DNA of 63,136 bases, the filler included, from Octopus bimaculoides (Eukaryota), in assembly GCF_001194135.2 (NCBI RefSeq). It is 5 parts of 5 records of this genome, joined end to end, with 100 filler letters (N's around TTAATTAATTAA, not from the genome) between each part and the next. Parts side by side here need not be neighbours in the genome. Positions count along the whole stretch, not along the records: positions 38,886 to 48,229 come from NC_069001.1; positions 48,330 to 56,660 come from NC_069010.1; positions 56,761 to 63,136 come from NC_068999.1; 2 more parts are not named here. One strand, written 5' to 3'. Positions 48,090 to 60,472 of this stretch are shown in pieces. The stretch's first letter is position 1; each line of letters opens with the position of its first letter. Below the pieces are notes generated by a model. The model made no database searches and was not told the DNA's origin. It was given only the letters and a program-made list of their open reading frames with translations. A program made the translations under genes and the position numbers.

Positions 48090-48229
48090 CATTTGATAGA
48101 TCGCTGACCAAACCATTCAATTTTTTTTCTCCGTGTTTTTCTCCTTGTTTTCTCCTTATTCTTTCTATTGAAGAGCGTAGCTCGAAACGTTAAAGACTTT
48201 CTCTATTCCCGAGCGTTAAACTAATACAT
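48090..48229 (+). mobile_element. Penelope-type pLTR-like repeat, inverted partner of 45690-45875
   Basis: GAAGAGCGTAGCTCGAAACGTTAAAGACTTTCTCTATTCCCGAGCGTT. Confidence 0.55.
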
Positions 48230-48576
48230 NNNNNNNNNNNNNNNNNNNNNNNNNNNNNNNNNNNNNNNNNNNNTTAATTAATTAANNNNNNNNNNNNNNN
48301 NNNNNNNNNNNNNNNNNNNNNNNNNNNNNTTAACAATTGGATTTGAATGGTTTCTGTTTTTATTGGCTGTGTATTGCTAATAGTAATGATAATAATGATA
48401 GCAATAATAATGGGACCCTGAGGAGATGGAGTATCCTGTATTTTATAATATTTTATGATATGTATTAATCATTCTGGATGTTCTATCGAAATGTACATAG
48501 GTCAATTCCATTATTATTATTATTGTTGTTGTAATAAAGTATTTTCAACGGATCAGTTTTGAGCTCTATTTAAAGT

Positions 48577-48614
<38 letters not shown>

Positions 48615-48854
48615 TTTGTGTATCAAACCCAATTTGTTATATTTAATTTGTTTATCTGTATAATTACCTCCATATCTGCTCACCTAGATTCTTCTTATAG
48701 CTATTCTTTACCCTACAGAATTGGTCCCTCTTAAAGACATTGGAATCTAAATTCAGATCCTTTGACTGTGTGTTCTATACCAAGAATCTCTGGACTTCAT
48801 CTGTTGACTATATATAAGTTTGTATGTATGTACGTGTATGTATGTGTATCATCA

Positions 48855-49165
48855 TCATCATCATCATCATCATCATCGCTTAACGTCCGCTTTCCATGCT
48901 AGCATGGGTTGGACGATTTGACTGAGGACTGGTGAAACCAGATGGCTACACCAGGCTCCAATCTGATCTGGCAGAGTTTCTACAGCTGGATGCCCTTCCT
49001 AACGCCAACCACTCAGAGAGTATAGTGAGTGCTTTGACATGCCACCCGCACAAAGGCCAGTCAGGCGGTACTAGCAATGGCCAGGCTCAAAATGGTGTAT
49101 TTTATGTGCTACCCGCACAAGGCCAGTCCAGGGGCACTGGCAACGATCTCGCTCGAAAATCCTTA
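48855..49165 (-). mobile_element. SINE family D
   Basis: (CAT)n tail and body as at 23022. Confidence 0.85.
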
Positions 49166-49509
49166 CACATTGCAAACAGGTAACTGGGCTGGGGTTGATG
49201 TAATTGACTGTAACCCTACCCGACAACATGCGTTATTATGTGCCTATGTTTGAAAATATGAAAATATTTCTTAAGTTTAAAGGAATGAAAACATTTTCTA
49301 ACAAACACAAGGCCAATAAATTGTAGGTGGTGGAGGCCACTGTTAATCACACTGATCCCAGTTCACAACTGATGGTTTTATCTCCCCAGAACAGATAAAA
49401 GGCAAAAATCAACCTTAGAGAAACACAGGGAAATACCACAAGGAATTTCGGCCAGATGCTCAACCAATTTGGTCACTCAAAAGTCATTAGAGAATATATA
49501 TATACATAA

Positions 49510-49667
49510 GGCGCAGGAGTGGCTGTATGGTAAGTAGCTTGCTTATCAATCACATGGTTCCAGGTTCAGTCCCACTCCATGGCACCTTGGGCAAGTGTCT
49601 TCTACTATAGCCTTGGGCCGACCAAAGCCTTGTAAGTGGATTTGGTAGACAGAAACTGAAAGAAGTG

Positions 49668-49710
<43 letters not shown>

Positions 49711-49975
49711 ATATGTTTGTGTGTCTGTGTTTGTCCCCCACCCATCATCGCTTGACAACTGATGCTGGTGTGTTTACGTCCCTGTAACCTAGCAGTTCGG
49801 CAAAAGAGACCGATAGAATAAGTACTAGGCTTCCAAAGAATAAGTCCTGGGGTCANNNNNNNNNNGAATAAGTACTAGGCTTCCAAAGAATAAGTCCTGG
49901 GGTCAATTTGCTCGACTAAAGGCGGTGCTCCAGCATGGCCACAGTCAAATGACTGAAACAAGTATAAAAGAGAGA
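49510..49975 (+). mobile_element. SINE family A, full length (spans a small gap)
   Basis: GGCGCAGGAGTGGCTGTATGGTAAG head to CAAGTATAAAAGAG tail. Confidence 0.9.
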
Positions 49976-50780
49976 AAAAGAGATTAGGTAAGTGTAATTT
50001 ACACTTCTTCATTTTCTCTTTGCATGTTGCGATATTTCACATCTTTGCTACTCCCAGCAAATGAAAAGAGATGCTAGGTTTTTAGGGCTTTTTACAATGT
50101 TGAATTTTTGCTGTCTTTCATTGTGTGNNNNNNNNNNNNNNNNNNNNNNNNNNNNNNNNNNNNNNNNNNNNNNNNNNNNNNNNNNNNNNNNNNNNNNNNN
50201 NNNNNNNNNNNNNNNNNNNNNNNNNNNCATACATACATACATATATATATATGTATATATATATACATACATATATAATATGTATATGTAATCGATATTC
50301 TATATATGATCTTCTGTCTCGTGTATAGAATGACTTGTTTGAATTAGCACATCTCATCTTGCTGTGTGTACATATCTCAGTTTGTGCAAATGTATAACGT
50401 TTGTGTGTATATACGACTGAAATGTGTAAATATATCCATGTGTATTGCTCTGTGTGTGCCTGCATGTGTGTATATCATTATTATTTTTATTATTGTTATT
50501 GTTATTGTTATTATTATTGCTTTATTATTTTGTGACTGTGTTAGATGTGTGTGTGTTACTCTGAAGAGAATGCGAGGAAACCACCTAGTTACCTCTGTTT
50601 GAGGCTCCAGTTCTGCTTTGCACATCACCATCATTCTAGCAGGACCACCATTAACACTGCCACAATCATCATCATCACCACCACCACCACCACCACCACC
50701 TCCACCACCATACTGTTATTTCATTGTAAATGATATTAGTAATGATAGCTGACTCACCGATGATGATATCGTCTATAAGG

Positions 50781-50818
<38 letters not shown>

Positions 50819-50894
50819 ATGTGTGTGCTATATATACACACATATATGCACGCATGCACACATACACACACACAGGTGTATATGTATCTTTTAT

Positions 50895-51085
50895 CTTCTG
50901 CTTGTTCCAGCTATTTGATTGTGGCCATACTGGGGCACCAGCTCGAAGGGTTTAGTCGAACAAATAGGCCTCACTGCTTATTTTGTTTTTAAGGCTTGCT
51001 ACTTATTCTTTCGTTCTCTTCTTGGCCGACTGCTAAGTTATGTGTATGTAAAAAAAAAAAAAGAAATACTGGTTGCCAGGTGAGG
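50895..51085 (-). mobile_element. SINE family A 3' part, degenerate
   Basis: TTTGATTGTGGCCATACTGGGGCACC...TAGTCGAACAAAT. Confidence 0.6.
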
Positions 51086-51109
51086 TGGGGTGATGTTATG
51101 TGACAGTGG

Positions 51110-51600
51110 TGGTGGTGGTAGTGTTGATGGTTGTGCTACATGATATTGATGGTATGGGCTGTGGTGGTAGTGTTGATGGTTGAACTACATGGCATTGATG
51201 GTATGGGTTGTGGTAGTGTTGATGGTTGTGCTACATGATATTGATGGTATGGATTGTAGTGGTGGTGGTGCTAGCGTTGATGGTTGGACTACATGGCATT
51301 GATGGTATGGGTTGTGTTGGTGGTGGTAGTGTTGATGGTTGAACTATATGGTATTCATGGTATGGGTTGTGGTGTTGGTGGTGGTAGTGTTGATGGTTGG
51401 GCTACATAGCATTGATGGTATGTGTTGTGGTGGTGGTAGTGGTGGTAATGTTGATGATTATGCTACATAGAATCGATGGTATGGGTTGTGGTGGTGATAG
51501 TGTTGATGGTTGTGTTACATGGCATTGACTGTATGGGCTGTGGTGGTGGTGGTAGTATTGATGGTAATGTTACATAATGTTGTTGTGGTGGTGGTGGTAG
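51110..51600. repeat. ~46-60-bp GT-rich minisatellite, ~9 units
   Basis: AGTGTTGATGGTTG..CTACAT...ATTGATGGTATGGG.TG(TGG)n repeated. Confidence 0.9.
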
Positions 51601-52031
51601 TGTTGGTGGTGATGGTACATGGTGTGGCATTGGTTCTAGTACAAGAGGTGTCAGGACTCTAAAATGGTTGCATTAGGTGTTGTGGTGCAAGTAGTAGTGG
51701 TGGGTGTGGTGATGATGAGTCCTGGTGTAGCAGAACAGTGCTGGTGGTAGCAGCAGTAATGGTGCCTGTGATATAAAGGTGTGTTTGTATGCTGTACTCC
51801 TATCCTTTGTTCCCGACCCCCTCTGGACATACAATAGTCATCTTCACCAATGTACATCCTGTTCTGTGAGTCACACCTCTCCCTTCCAGCTGCTCCCTCC
51901 CCTGTTCACTCTCCAATTAATTAGTCAGAAATTAAGGCAGAGAGAGAGTGTGTGTGTGTTGTATATATATATACGCTGTATGTGTGTGTATATACATGTA
52001 CTTTGTATGTGTTTGTGTATCTCTCTCTCTC

Positions 52032-52089
<58 letters not shown>

Positions 52090-52484
52090 CTTTGTATTTG
52101 TGTGTATATCTATCTACCTATATTTATTTATATAAATATATATATATATATANNNNNNNNNNNNNNNNNNNNNNNNNNNNNNNNNNNNNNNNNNNNNNNN
52201 NNNNNNNNNNNNNNNNNNNNNNNNNNNNNNNNNNNNNNNNNNNNNNNNNNNNNNNNNNNNNNNNNNNNNNNNNNNNNNNNNNNNNNNNNNNNNNNNNNNN
52301 NNNNNNNNNNNNNNNNNNNNNNNNNNNNNNNNNNNNNNNNNNNNNNNNNNNNNNNNNNNNNNNNNNNNNNNNNNNNNNNNNNNNNNNNNNNNNNNNNNNN
52401 NNNNNNNNNNNNNNNNNNNNNNNNNNNNNNNNNNNNNNNNNNNNNNNNNNNNNNNNNNNNNNNNNNNNNNNNNNNNNNNNNNNN

Positions 52485-52530
<46 letters not shown>

Positions 52531-52956
52531 TTTGTGTATGTGTATATATACACATCTATATACTTTGTATGTGTGTATGTATATATATATATATAGTTAT
52601 ACATATGCATACACTTTGTATGTGTGCGTATACACACACACTTCAAAATTTGTGCAGTACTGTTTGCACATCTGCAATTAAATCGCATGCTATTTGCAAT
52701 TTGCATGTATACCTCAGACAAGCAATTTGAATTCATTTTGAGGTGACTCAGATACGCAGTGCCAACGAGCTGAAATACAACTTAAACATTGTTATCAACC
52801 ATTCTTGTTCACACACGTAGGATCGCGGTCAATAGCAGGGCTCATTAGCCACCAACGGAACCGCAAATGCAAAATATAAGTTAGTCCTAGAGCGCATGAT
52901 GTTCCTGAAGGTCGGCAATGGTCTTCCTCGGTCACGAGTGGACGGCCATCATCATC

Positions 52957-53000
<44 letters not shown>

Positions 53001-53834
53001 NNNNNNNNNNNNNNNNNNNNNNNNNNNNNNNNNNNNNNNNNNNNNNNNNNNNNNNNNNNNNNNNNNNNNNNNNNNNNNNNNNNNNNNNNNNNNNNNNNNN
53101 NNNNNNNNNNNNNNNNNNNNNNNNNNNNNNNNNNNNNNNNNNNNNNNNNNNNNNNNNNNNNNNNNNNNNNNNNNNNNNNNNNNNNNNNNNNNNNNNNNNN
53201 NNNNNNNNNNNNNNNNNNNNNNNNNNNNNNNNNNNNNNNNNNNNNNNNNNNNNNNNNNNNNNNNNNNNNNNNNNNNNNNNNNNNNNNNNNNNNNNNNNNN
53301 NNNNNNNNNNNNNNNNNNNNNNNNNNNNNNNNNNNNNNNNNNNNNNNNNNNNNNNNNNNNNNNNNNNNNNNNNNNNNNNNNNNNNNNNNNNNNNNNNNNN
53401 NNNNNNNNNNNNNNNNNNNNNNNNNNNNNNNNNNNNNNNNNNNNNNNNNNNNNNNNNNNNNNNNNNNNNNNNNNNNNNNNNNNNNNNNNNNNNNNNNNNN
53501 NNNNNNNNNNNNNNNNNNNNNNNNNNNNNNNNNNNNNNNNNNNNNNNNNNNNNNNNNNNNNNNNNNNNNNNNNNNNNNNNNNNNNNNNNNNNNNNNNNNN
53601 NNNNNNNNNNNNNNNNNNNNNNNNNNNNNNNNNNNNNNNNNNNNNNNNNNNNNNNNNNNNNNNNNNNNNNNNNNNNNNNNNNNNNNNNNNNNNNNNNNNN
53701 NNNNNNNNNNNNNNNNNNNNNNNNNNNNNNNNNNNNNNNNNNNNNNNNNNNNNNNNNNNNNNNNNNNNNNNNNNNNNNNNNNNNNNNNNNNNNNNNNNNN
53801 NNNNNNNNNNNNNNNNNNNNNNNNNNNNNNNNNN

Positions 53835-54218
53835 AGGAGTGGCTGTGTGGTAAGTAGCTTGCTTACCAACCACATGGTTCCGGGTTCAGTCCCACTGTGT
53901 AGCATCTTGGGCAAGTGTCTTCTACTATAGCCTCGGGCTGACCAAAGAGTTGTGAGTGGATTTGGTAGATGGAAACTGAAAGAAGCCCGTCGTATATATG
54001 TGTGTGTGTGTGTGTTTGTATTTGTCCACCTAGCATTGCTTGACAACCAATGGTGGTGTGTTTATGTCCCCGTAACTTAGCGGTTCAGCAAAAGAGATCA
54101 ATAGAATAAGTACCAGGCTTACAAAGAATAAGTCCCGGGGTCGATTTGCTCAACTAAAGGTGGTGCTTCAGCATGGCCGCAGTCAAATGACTGAAACAAG
54201 TAAAAGAGTAAAAGAGTA
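53835..54218 (+). mobile_element. SINE family A, full length
   Basis: Matches the 42327 and 49510 copies. Confidence 0.9.
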
Positions 54219-54226
54219 ATAAATAA

Positions 54227-54257
<31 letters not shown>

Positions 54258-54911
54258 TATTTATGTACGTGTGAGTGTGTGTGTGTGTGTGTGTGCGCAT
54301 GTGTATACAGTATGTTGTTTTTAAAACATATGGCATGTAAAACAGTGTAGTACAGTGCGGACCTGTTGGTGGGGTTGTTAGTGTTGTTGACATTGCTGTA
54401 GCCCTAGGTAAGCCAGTCCTATGATCACAGCTGGAAACAGCTGTGAACATCATGTTTTTGTTTTCTGTTCACTCATAGTATACTGCCACCCCACCTCTCT
54501 CTAGCTCCTGATTTATCTTCTGCCATCGTTGTCTGCACCAATCAGCTTCTTAGGCTCTTTGCCCAGAGGGGAACACACTGCTTGGTATATGGAGACGTCT
54601 CTGCGGTTGAATGATATTGCAAGGCAACTTCACTAGGGCTGCTGTCATGGTACAATGCCCCCCAATGCACTCTGCGAAAGTGGCTGGTGAATGAGAGGAG
54701 GAAAACATGGGGCTGAGAGGCCCCATCCATCTTAACAAGGACATGAAATAATGAAATATATCTTGTGCTTGTTCCATGATAAAATACACTCCCATAATCC
54801 CTTTAACATAGTTATCAGATGAAAAGAGACAAACATAGGCTCATATCTACTCCTCCCCATCCCCACCTCACACTCTTGTAATTTACCCTAGTTATATGTC
54901 ATCTTGTCCAG

Positions 54912-55303
54912 TGGAGGCACAATGGCCCAATGGTTAGGGCAGCGAACTCGCGGTCATAGGATTGCGGTTTCGATTCCCAGACCGGGCGTTGTGAGTGTTT
55001 ATTGAGCGAAAACACCTAAAGCTCCACGAGGCTCCGGCAGGGGATGGTGGCGAACCCTACTGTACTCTTCCACCACAACTTTCTCTCACTCTTTCTTCCT
55101 GTTTCTGTTGTGCCTGTAATTCAAAGGGCCAGCCTTGTCACACTCTCTGTCATGCTGAATATCCCTGAGAACTATGTTAACGGTACACGTGTCTGTGGAG
55201 TGCTCAGCCACTTGCATGTTAATTTCACAAGCCGGCTGTTCCGTTGATCAGATCAACTGGAACCCTCGACGTCGTAAGCGACGGAGTGCCAACAACAACA
55301 ACA
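54912..55303 (+). mobile_element. SINE family B, full length
   Basis: Matches the 39313 copy. Confidence 0.9.
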
Positions 55304-55464
55304 ATGTCATCTTCCCCACTCTCTCTCATATATATGTCCAAGGGCTTCATGTGTTCATGCACAAAACTCTCCAGACCTTGAATCACCCTGTTGACATAAA
55401 AATATGTACATACTCATATATTGAGTTCTATTTTTCCTGTCCGCATCAACATGCCCGAATATAT

Positions 55465-56090
55465 CATCATCACCATTCAACATCTGCTTTCCATGCTGGC
55501 ATGGGTTGGACAGTTTGACTGAAAAATGGTGAGCTGGAGAGCAACACTAAGTTCCAATCTGGTCTAACATGGTTCTTATTTCTGTATTGCCCACAAGGGG
55601 CTAAACATAGAGGGGAAAAACAAGGACAAATGAACGGATTAAGTCGACTATATCAACCCCAGTGTGTAACTGGTACTTAATTTATCGACCCCGAAAGGAT
55701 GAAAGGCAAAGTCGACCTCGGCGGAATTTGAACTCAGAATGTAACAGCAGACGAAATACCGCTAAGCATTTCGCCTGGTGTGCTAACATTTCAGCCAGCT
55801 CGTCGCCTGGTTTCTATGGATGGATGCCCTTCCTAATGCCAACCACTCCAAGAGTGTAGTGAGTGCTTTTTATGTGCCACTGACATGGGTGCCATTGACG
55901 TCACACCAGCATCGGTCACACGCTCAAACGATGCTTTTTACATATCACTGGCACAGGTATCATTGATGTGACACCAGCATTGGCCATGCACTCAAACGTT
56001 ACTGTTTATGTGCCACTGGCACAGATGCCAATCAACCAGCACTGGCATTGGCTGCAGCTATGATTTCACTTGGCTTGACAAGTCTTCTCA
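55465..56090 (-). mobile_element. SINE family D interrupted by a family C copy (~55575-55803)
   Basis: D tail and body at 55465-55570, C copy, then D resumes with GGATGCCCTTCCTAATGCCAACCAC at ~55823. Confidence 0.75.
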
Positions 56091-56349
56091 TGCACATGGG
56101 AAAAATAGTACTCAAATACCAAAGGTAGAGTAATATTTCTATTAAAGCTGCAAAATTATCACAGAACATTTCCATGGGAATATATATATGTGTGTGTGTG
56201 TATGTGTGTGTGTGCATATATATTTACATATATTTTGTATGTGTATGTGTGTGCATGTATGCAGACACACATTAAGTGGGTGATATTTTCAACCGAGACA
56301 TTACAATCATATCTGGTTCTTCAAGTGTTTCAATTCTGTGTATGTACAG

Positions 56350-56660
56350 GTTGTTGTTGTTGTTGTTGGCACTCCGTCGCTTCCGACGTCGAGGGTTCCA
56401 GTTGATCCGATCAACGGAACAGCCTGCTCGTGAAATTAACGTGCAAGTGGCTGAGCACTCCACAGACACGTGTACCCTTAACGTAGTTCTTGGGGATATT
56501 CAGCGTGACACAGTGTGACATGGCTGACCCTTTGAATTACAGGCACAACAGAAACAGGAAGAAAGAGTGAGAGAAAGTTGTGGTGAAAGATTACAGCAGG
56601 GTTCGCCACCATCCCCTGCCAAAGCCTCGTGGAGCTTCAGGTGTTTTCGCTCAAATAAAC
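56350..56660 (-). mobile_element. SINE family B
   Basis: Reverse complement of the 54912 copy; runs into a gap. Confidence 0.9.
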
Positions 56661-56760
56661 NNNNNNNNNNNNNNNNNNNNNNNNNNNNNNNNNNNNNNNN
56701 NNNNTTAATTAATTAANNNNNNNNNNNNNNNNNNNNNNNNNNNNNNNNNNNNNNNNNNNN

Positions 56761-57033
56761 GGTAGACGGAAACTGAAAGAAGACCGTCGTATATATGTAT
56801 GTGTGCATGTATATGTTTGTGTGTTTGTGTTTGTCTCCCCAACATCGCTTGACAACCGGTACTGGTGTGTTTACGTCCCCGTAACTTAGCGATTCGGCAA
56901 AAGAGTCCGATAGAATAAGTACTAGGCTTACAAAGAATAAGTCCTGGGGTCGATTTGTTCGACTAAAGGCGGTGCTCCAGCATGGCCACAGTCAAATGAC
57001 TGAAACAAGTAAAAGAGTAAAAGAGAGTAAAGA
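56761..57033 (+). mobile_element. SINE family A 3' two-thirds
   Basis: Matches the family A body and tail. Confidence 0.85.
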
Positions 57034-57296
57034 GTATGTATGTATGTGTATGTATGTATGTATGTATGAATGTATGTGCGTGTATGAGTATGTGTGTGTG
57101 TGTGTATATATATATGTGTGTTCGCGATTATTTTGTGTCTGTTCCCACCATAGCTTTGATTTGTTGGTTTGTTTACGTCCCCGTAACTTGCCAGTTCGGA
57201 AAAAAGAGATTGATTGAATAAGTACCAGAATTACAAAAACCGCGTGAATAGACGGGGAAAAGAAAGAGAACATAAAGGTACCAGCGATAGATCGGG

Positions 57297-57356
57297 GCTT
57301 GTGGGGTCGGAGCTTGTGGGGTCGGAGCTTGTGGGGTCGGAGCTTGTGGGGTCGGA
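57297..57356 (+). repeat. Perfect 15-bp tandem repeat (GCTTGTGGGGTCGGA)x4
   Basis: Direct read. Confidence 0.95.
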
Positions 57357-57914
57357 GCGTGGCCTGATCATCGCTTCATTTGTATTGTCTATGTACTGTT
57401 AATATCATTCGATTTTTTATATTTTATATAATTTTTAAAGTCATATTNNNNNNNNNNNNNNNNNNNNNNNNNNNNNNNNNNNNNNNNNNNNNNNNNNNNN
57501 NNNNNNNNNNNNNNNNNNNNNNNNNNNNNNNNNNNNNNNNNNNNNNNNNNNNNNNNNNNNNNNNNNNNNNNNNNNNNNNNNNNNNNNNNNNNNNNNNNNN
57601 NNNNNNNNNNNNNNNNNNNNNNNNNNNNNNNNNNNNNNNNNNNNNNNNNNNNNNNNNNNNNNNNNNNNNNNNNNNNNNNNNNNNNNNNNNNNNNNNNNNN
57701 NNNNNNNNNNNNNNNNNNNNNNNNNNNNNNNNNNNNNNNNNNNNNNNNNNNNNNNNNNNNNNNNNNNNNNNNNNNNNNNNNNNNNNNNNNNNNNNNNNNN
57801 NNNNNNNNNNNNNNNNNNNNNNNNNNNNNNNNNNNNNNNNNNNNNNNNNNNNNNNNNNNNNNNNNNNNNNNNNNNNNNNNNNNNNNNNNNNNNNNNNNNN
57901 NNNNNNNNNNNNNN

Positions 57915-57965
<51 letters not shown>

Positions 57966-57983
57966 TAACAATAACAACAATAA

Positions 57984-58190
57984 AGGTACCGAGCTGGCAG
58001 AATCGTTAGCACGCCGGGCGAAATGCTAACGTCTCTGCCGCTACGTTCTGAGTTCAAATTCCGCCGAGGTCGGCTTTGTCTTCCATCCTTTCGGGATCGA
58101 GGGATTAAGTACAGGTTACGCACTGGGGTCGATGTAAGCGACTAGTTCCTTTCCCCCAAAATTTTCAAGGCCTTGTGCCTCTAGCAGAAA
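57984..58190 (+). mobile_element. SINE family C
   Basis: GAGCTGGCAGAATCGTTAGCACGCCGGGCGAAATGC...TTCTGAGTTCAAATTCCGCCGAGG. Confidence 0.85.
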
Positions 58191-58549
58191 TAATAATAAT
58201 TATTATTATTATTATTCCGGAGAATATTCTGTCCAATCACCAGCAGCAAAATCAACGCGGCAAAACTATTTCAATATTCTCTCGTGACTTATACGAATGG
58301 CCGGTTGGTTACATGAGTTTTTTAGTTCGTAATTTAGTTTTTTTTTTAAATACGTACATTACACTTCTAAAGAAATGAAACTAGATTTCAGTTTTCCCTT
58401 CCATTATGAAAGGGATTCGCACATAGATGAAAAAGAATCGTTTGCAAACGTATTTCAACATCGTATACCTGTGTTTATATGACTGAACAAAGATCAAAGC
58501 TGTTCTCTTACTTTAAACTACAAACTGCGCCTTGAAGATTATTATCCTA

Positions 58550-59022
58550 CTAGCTGACCCCCGCGCCGTCAAAAATGACGGCTAATTGTAGTATTTTATA
58601 TATAAAGACGAAAGATAGAATATGGATGGTAATTCAAATTAATACACTTGTCTATGTTGTCTAATGGTTGTATTTTGAGATGTGACATCGATCATCGTTT
58701 GTTACTGAAAGAACGCTGGTTCACACATACAAACATTCACATACTGCCCTTGTACACGCACACACATACACACATATAACTCATACAGAGTTGAAATGCT
58801 GTTTGATTTTTTTTCTTTTCAGCGTTGAATGTTCACATTGCTCCCCACCCCCCACCCTATACTTACTCAGCGTTGAAACGCTGTTTGATTTTTTCACCCT
58901 AGAATTTCTATCATCCCACTACCAAGTTTGCTATCACCCCTTCCTTCCTTATTCATCTATCACCCCTTCCTTTCTCATTTATATGTTGTAACGGAGAAAA
59001 ACACGAGTATTATTATAGTAGA
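58550..59022 (-). mobile_element. Non-autonomous Helitron (~470 bp)
   Basis: Minus-strand 5' A|TCTACTATAATA at 59022. The 3' CTAG|T is at 58550-53 with hairpin GCCGTCA-AAAA-TGACGGC (58565-82). Confidence 0.7.
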
Positions 59023-60094
59023 TTGTTTCTTGTCTAAATGTCTAAAATCTATAGAGAAAAACTAAAATACAAAATTGCTTAAACGGGTACATAATACCCT
59101 TGCCCTTGCAATTTTGTTCTTTGAAGCCCCACCCTTTTTTTTTTTTTTNNNNNNNNNNNNNNNNNNNNNNNNNNNNNNNNNNNNNNNNNNNNNNNNNNNN
59201 NNNNNNNNNNNNNNNNNNNNNNNNNNNNNNNNNNNNNNNNNNNNNNNNNNNNNNNNNNNNNNNNNNNNNNNNNNNNNNNNNNNNNNNNNNNNNNNNNNNN
59301 NNNNNNNNNNNNNNNNNNNNNNNNNNNNNNNNNNNNNNNNNNNNNNNNNNNNNNNNNNNNNNNNNNNNNNNNNNNNNNNNNNNNNNNNNNNNNNNNNNNN
59401 NNNNNNNNNNNNNNNNNNNNNNNNNNNNNNNNNNNNNNNNNNNNNNNNNNNNNNNNNNNNNNNNNNNNNNNNNNNNNNNNNNNNNNNNNNNNNNNNNNNN
59501 NNNNNNNNNNNNNNNNNNNNNNNNNNNNNNNNNNNNNNNNNNNNNNNNNNNNNNNNNNNNNNNNNNNNNNNNNNNNNNNNNNNNNNNNNNNNNNNNNNNN
59601 NNNNNNNNNNNNNNNNNNNNNNNNNNNNNNNNNNNNNNNNNNNNNNNNNNNNNNNNNNNNNNNNNNNNNNNNNNNNNNNNNNNNNNNNNNNNNNNNNNNN
59701 NNNNNNNNNNNNNNNNNNNNNNNNNNNNNNNNNNNNNNNNNNNNNNNNNNNNNNNNTTTTTTTTTTTTTTTTTTCTTCTTTTTTCACAGTTTGTTCTAAA
59801 GAGATTACGCTCGTAACATATTCCAGCATTTAAAACATCACACCTCTGAAAAGTAATTAAGCTTTCAGCAGTCTTCGTTATACGTTTTATCTGCAATAAA
59901 TAGCTTCTTGAATGAACGCCATTTTCTTTCACGCCTTAAGCGTCGGATTTTTGCTTTGCCACCTTGCCGTATGTTGGTGAAATGATCGAAGCTCTTCCGA
60001 TGGCGGAACCGTTGGGGTTACTTTAATGTTCTGTGTACTGCAGTGTCTGTTCACTACGCTGTGAAATGGCCCGCACTGTCTCGCTGAGACCTGA

Positions 60095-60472
60095 ACTGGT
60101 TTTATGGTAAGAAGCTTGCTTCTCAAGCAGATAGTTCCAGGTTCAGTCCCACTGCTCGGCCCCTTGGGCAAGTGTCTTCTCCGATACCCTTGGGCTGAGC
60201 AAAGCCTTGTGAATGGATTTGGTAGACAGAAATTGAAAGGAGACTATCGTGTGTGTCTGTGAATATATATATATATGTGTGTCCCACCACTGCTTGACAA
60301 CCGGTGTTGGTGCGTTTACGTCCCCGTAACTTAGCGGTTCGGCACAATAGATCGCTAGAATAAGTACCAGGTTAAAAAAATATAAGGACTTGGGTTGATT
60401 CATTCGACTAAAAAATTCTTTAAGGCGGTGCCCCAGCATGGCCGCAGTCTAATGACTAAGACAGCTAAAAGA
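60095..60472 (+). mobile_element. SINE family A, full length, diverged
   Basis: GGTAAGAAGCTTGCT...GGTTCAGTCCCACTG...CAGCATGGCCGCAGTC. Confidence 0.85.

Noticed and set aside
3516-59932. Long ORF-track entries dominated by X (for example 3535-4512, 13962-15197, 40924-41997, 52955-54046)
   Set aside because: They are open only because N-gaps contain no stop codons.
59860-60090. CpG-rich stretch with a basic minus-strand frame (RKSFDHFTNIRQGGKAKIRRLRRERKW)
   Set aside because: An in-frame stop lies just upstream, with no acceptor or start and no family recognised.
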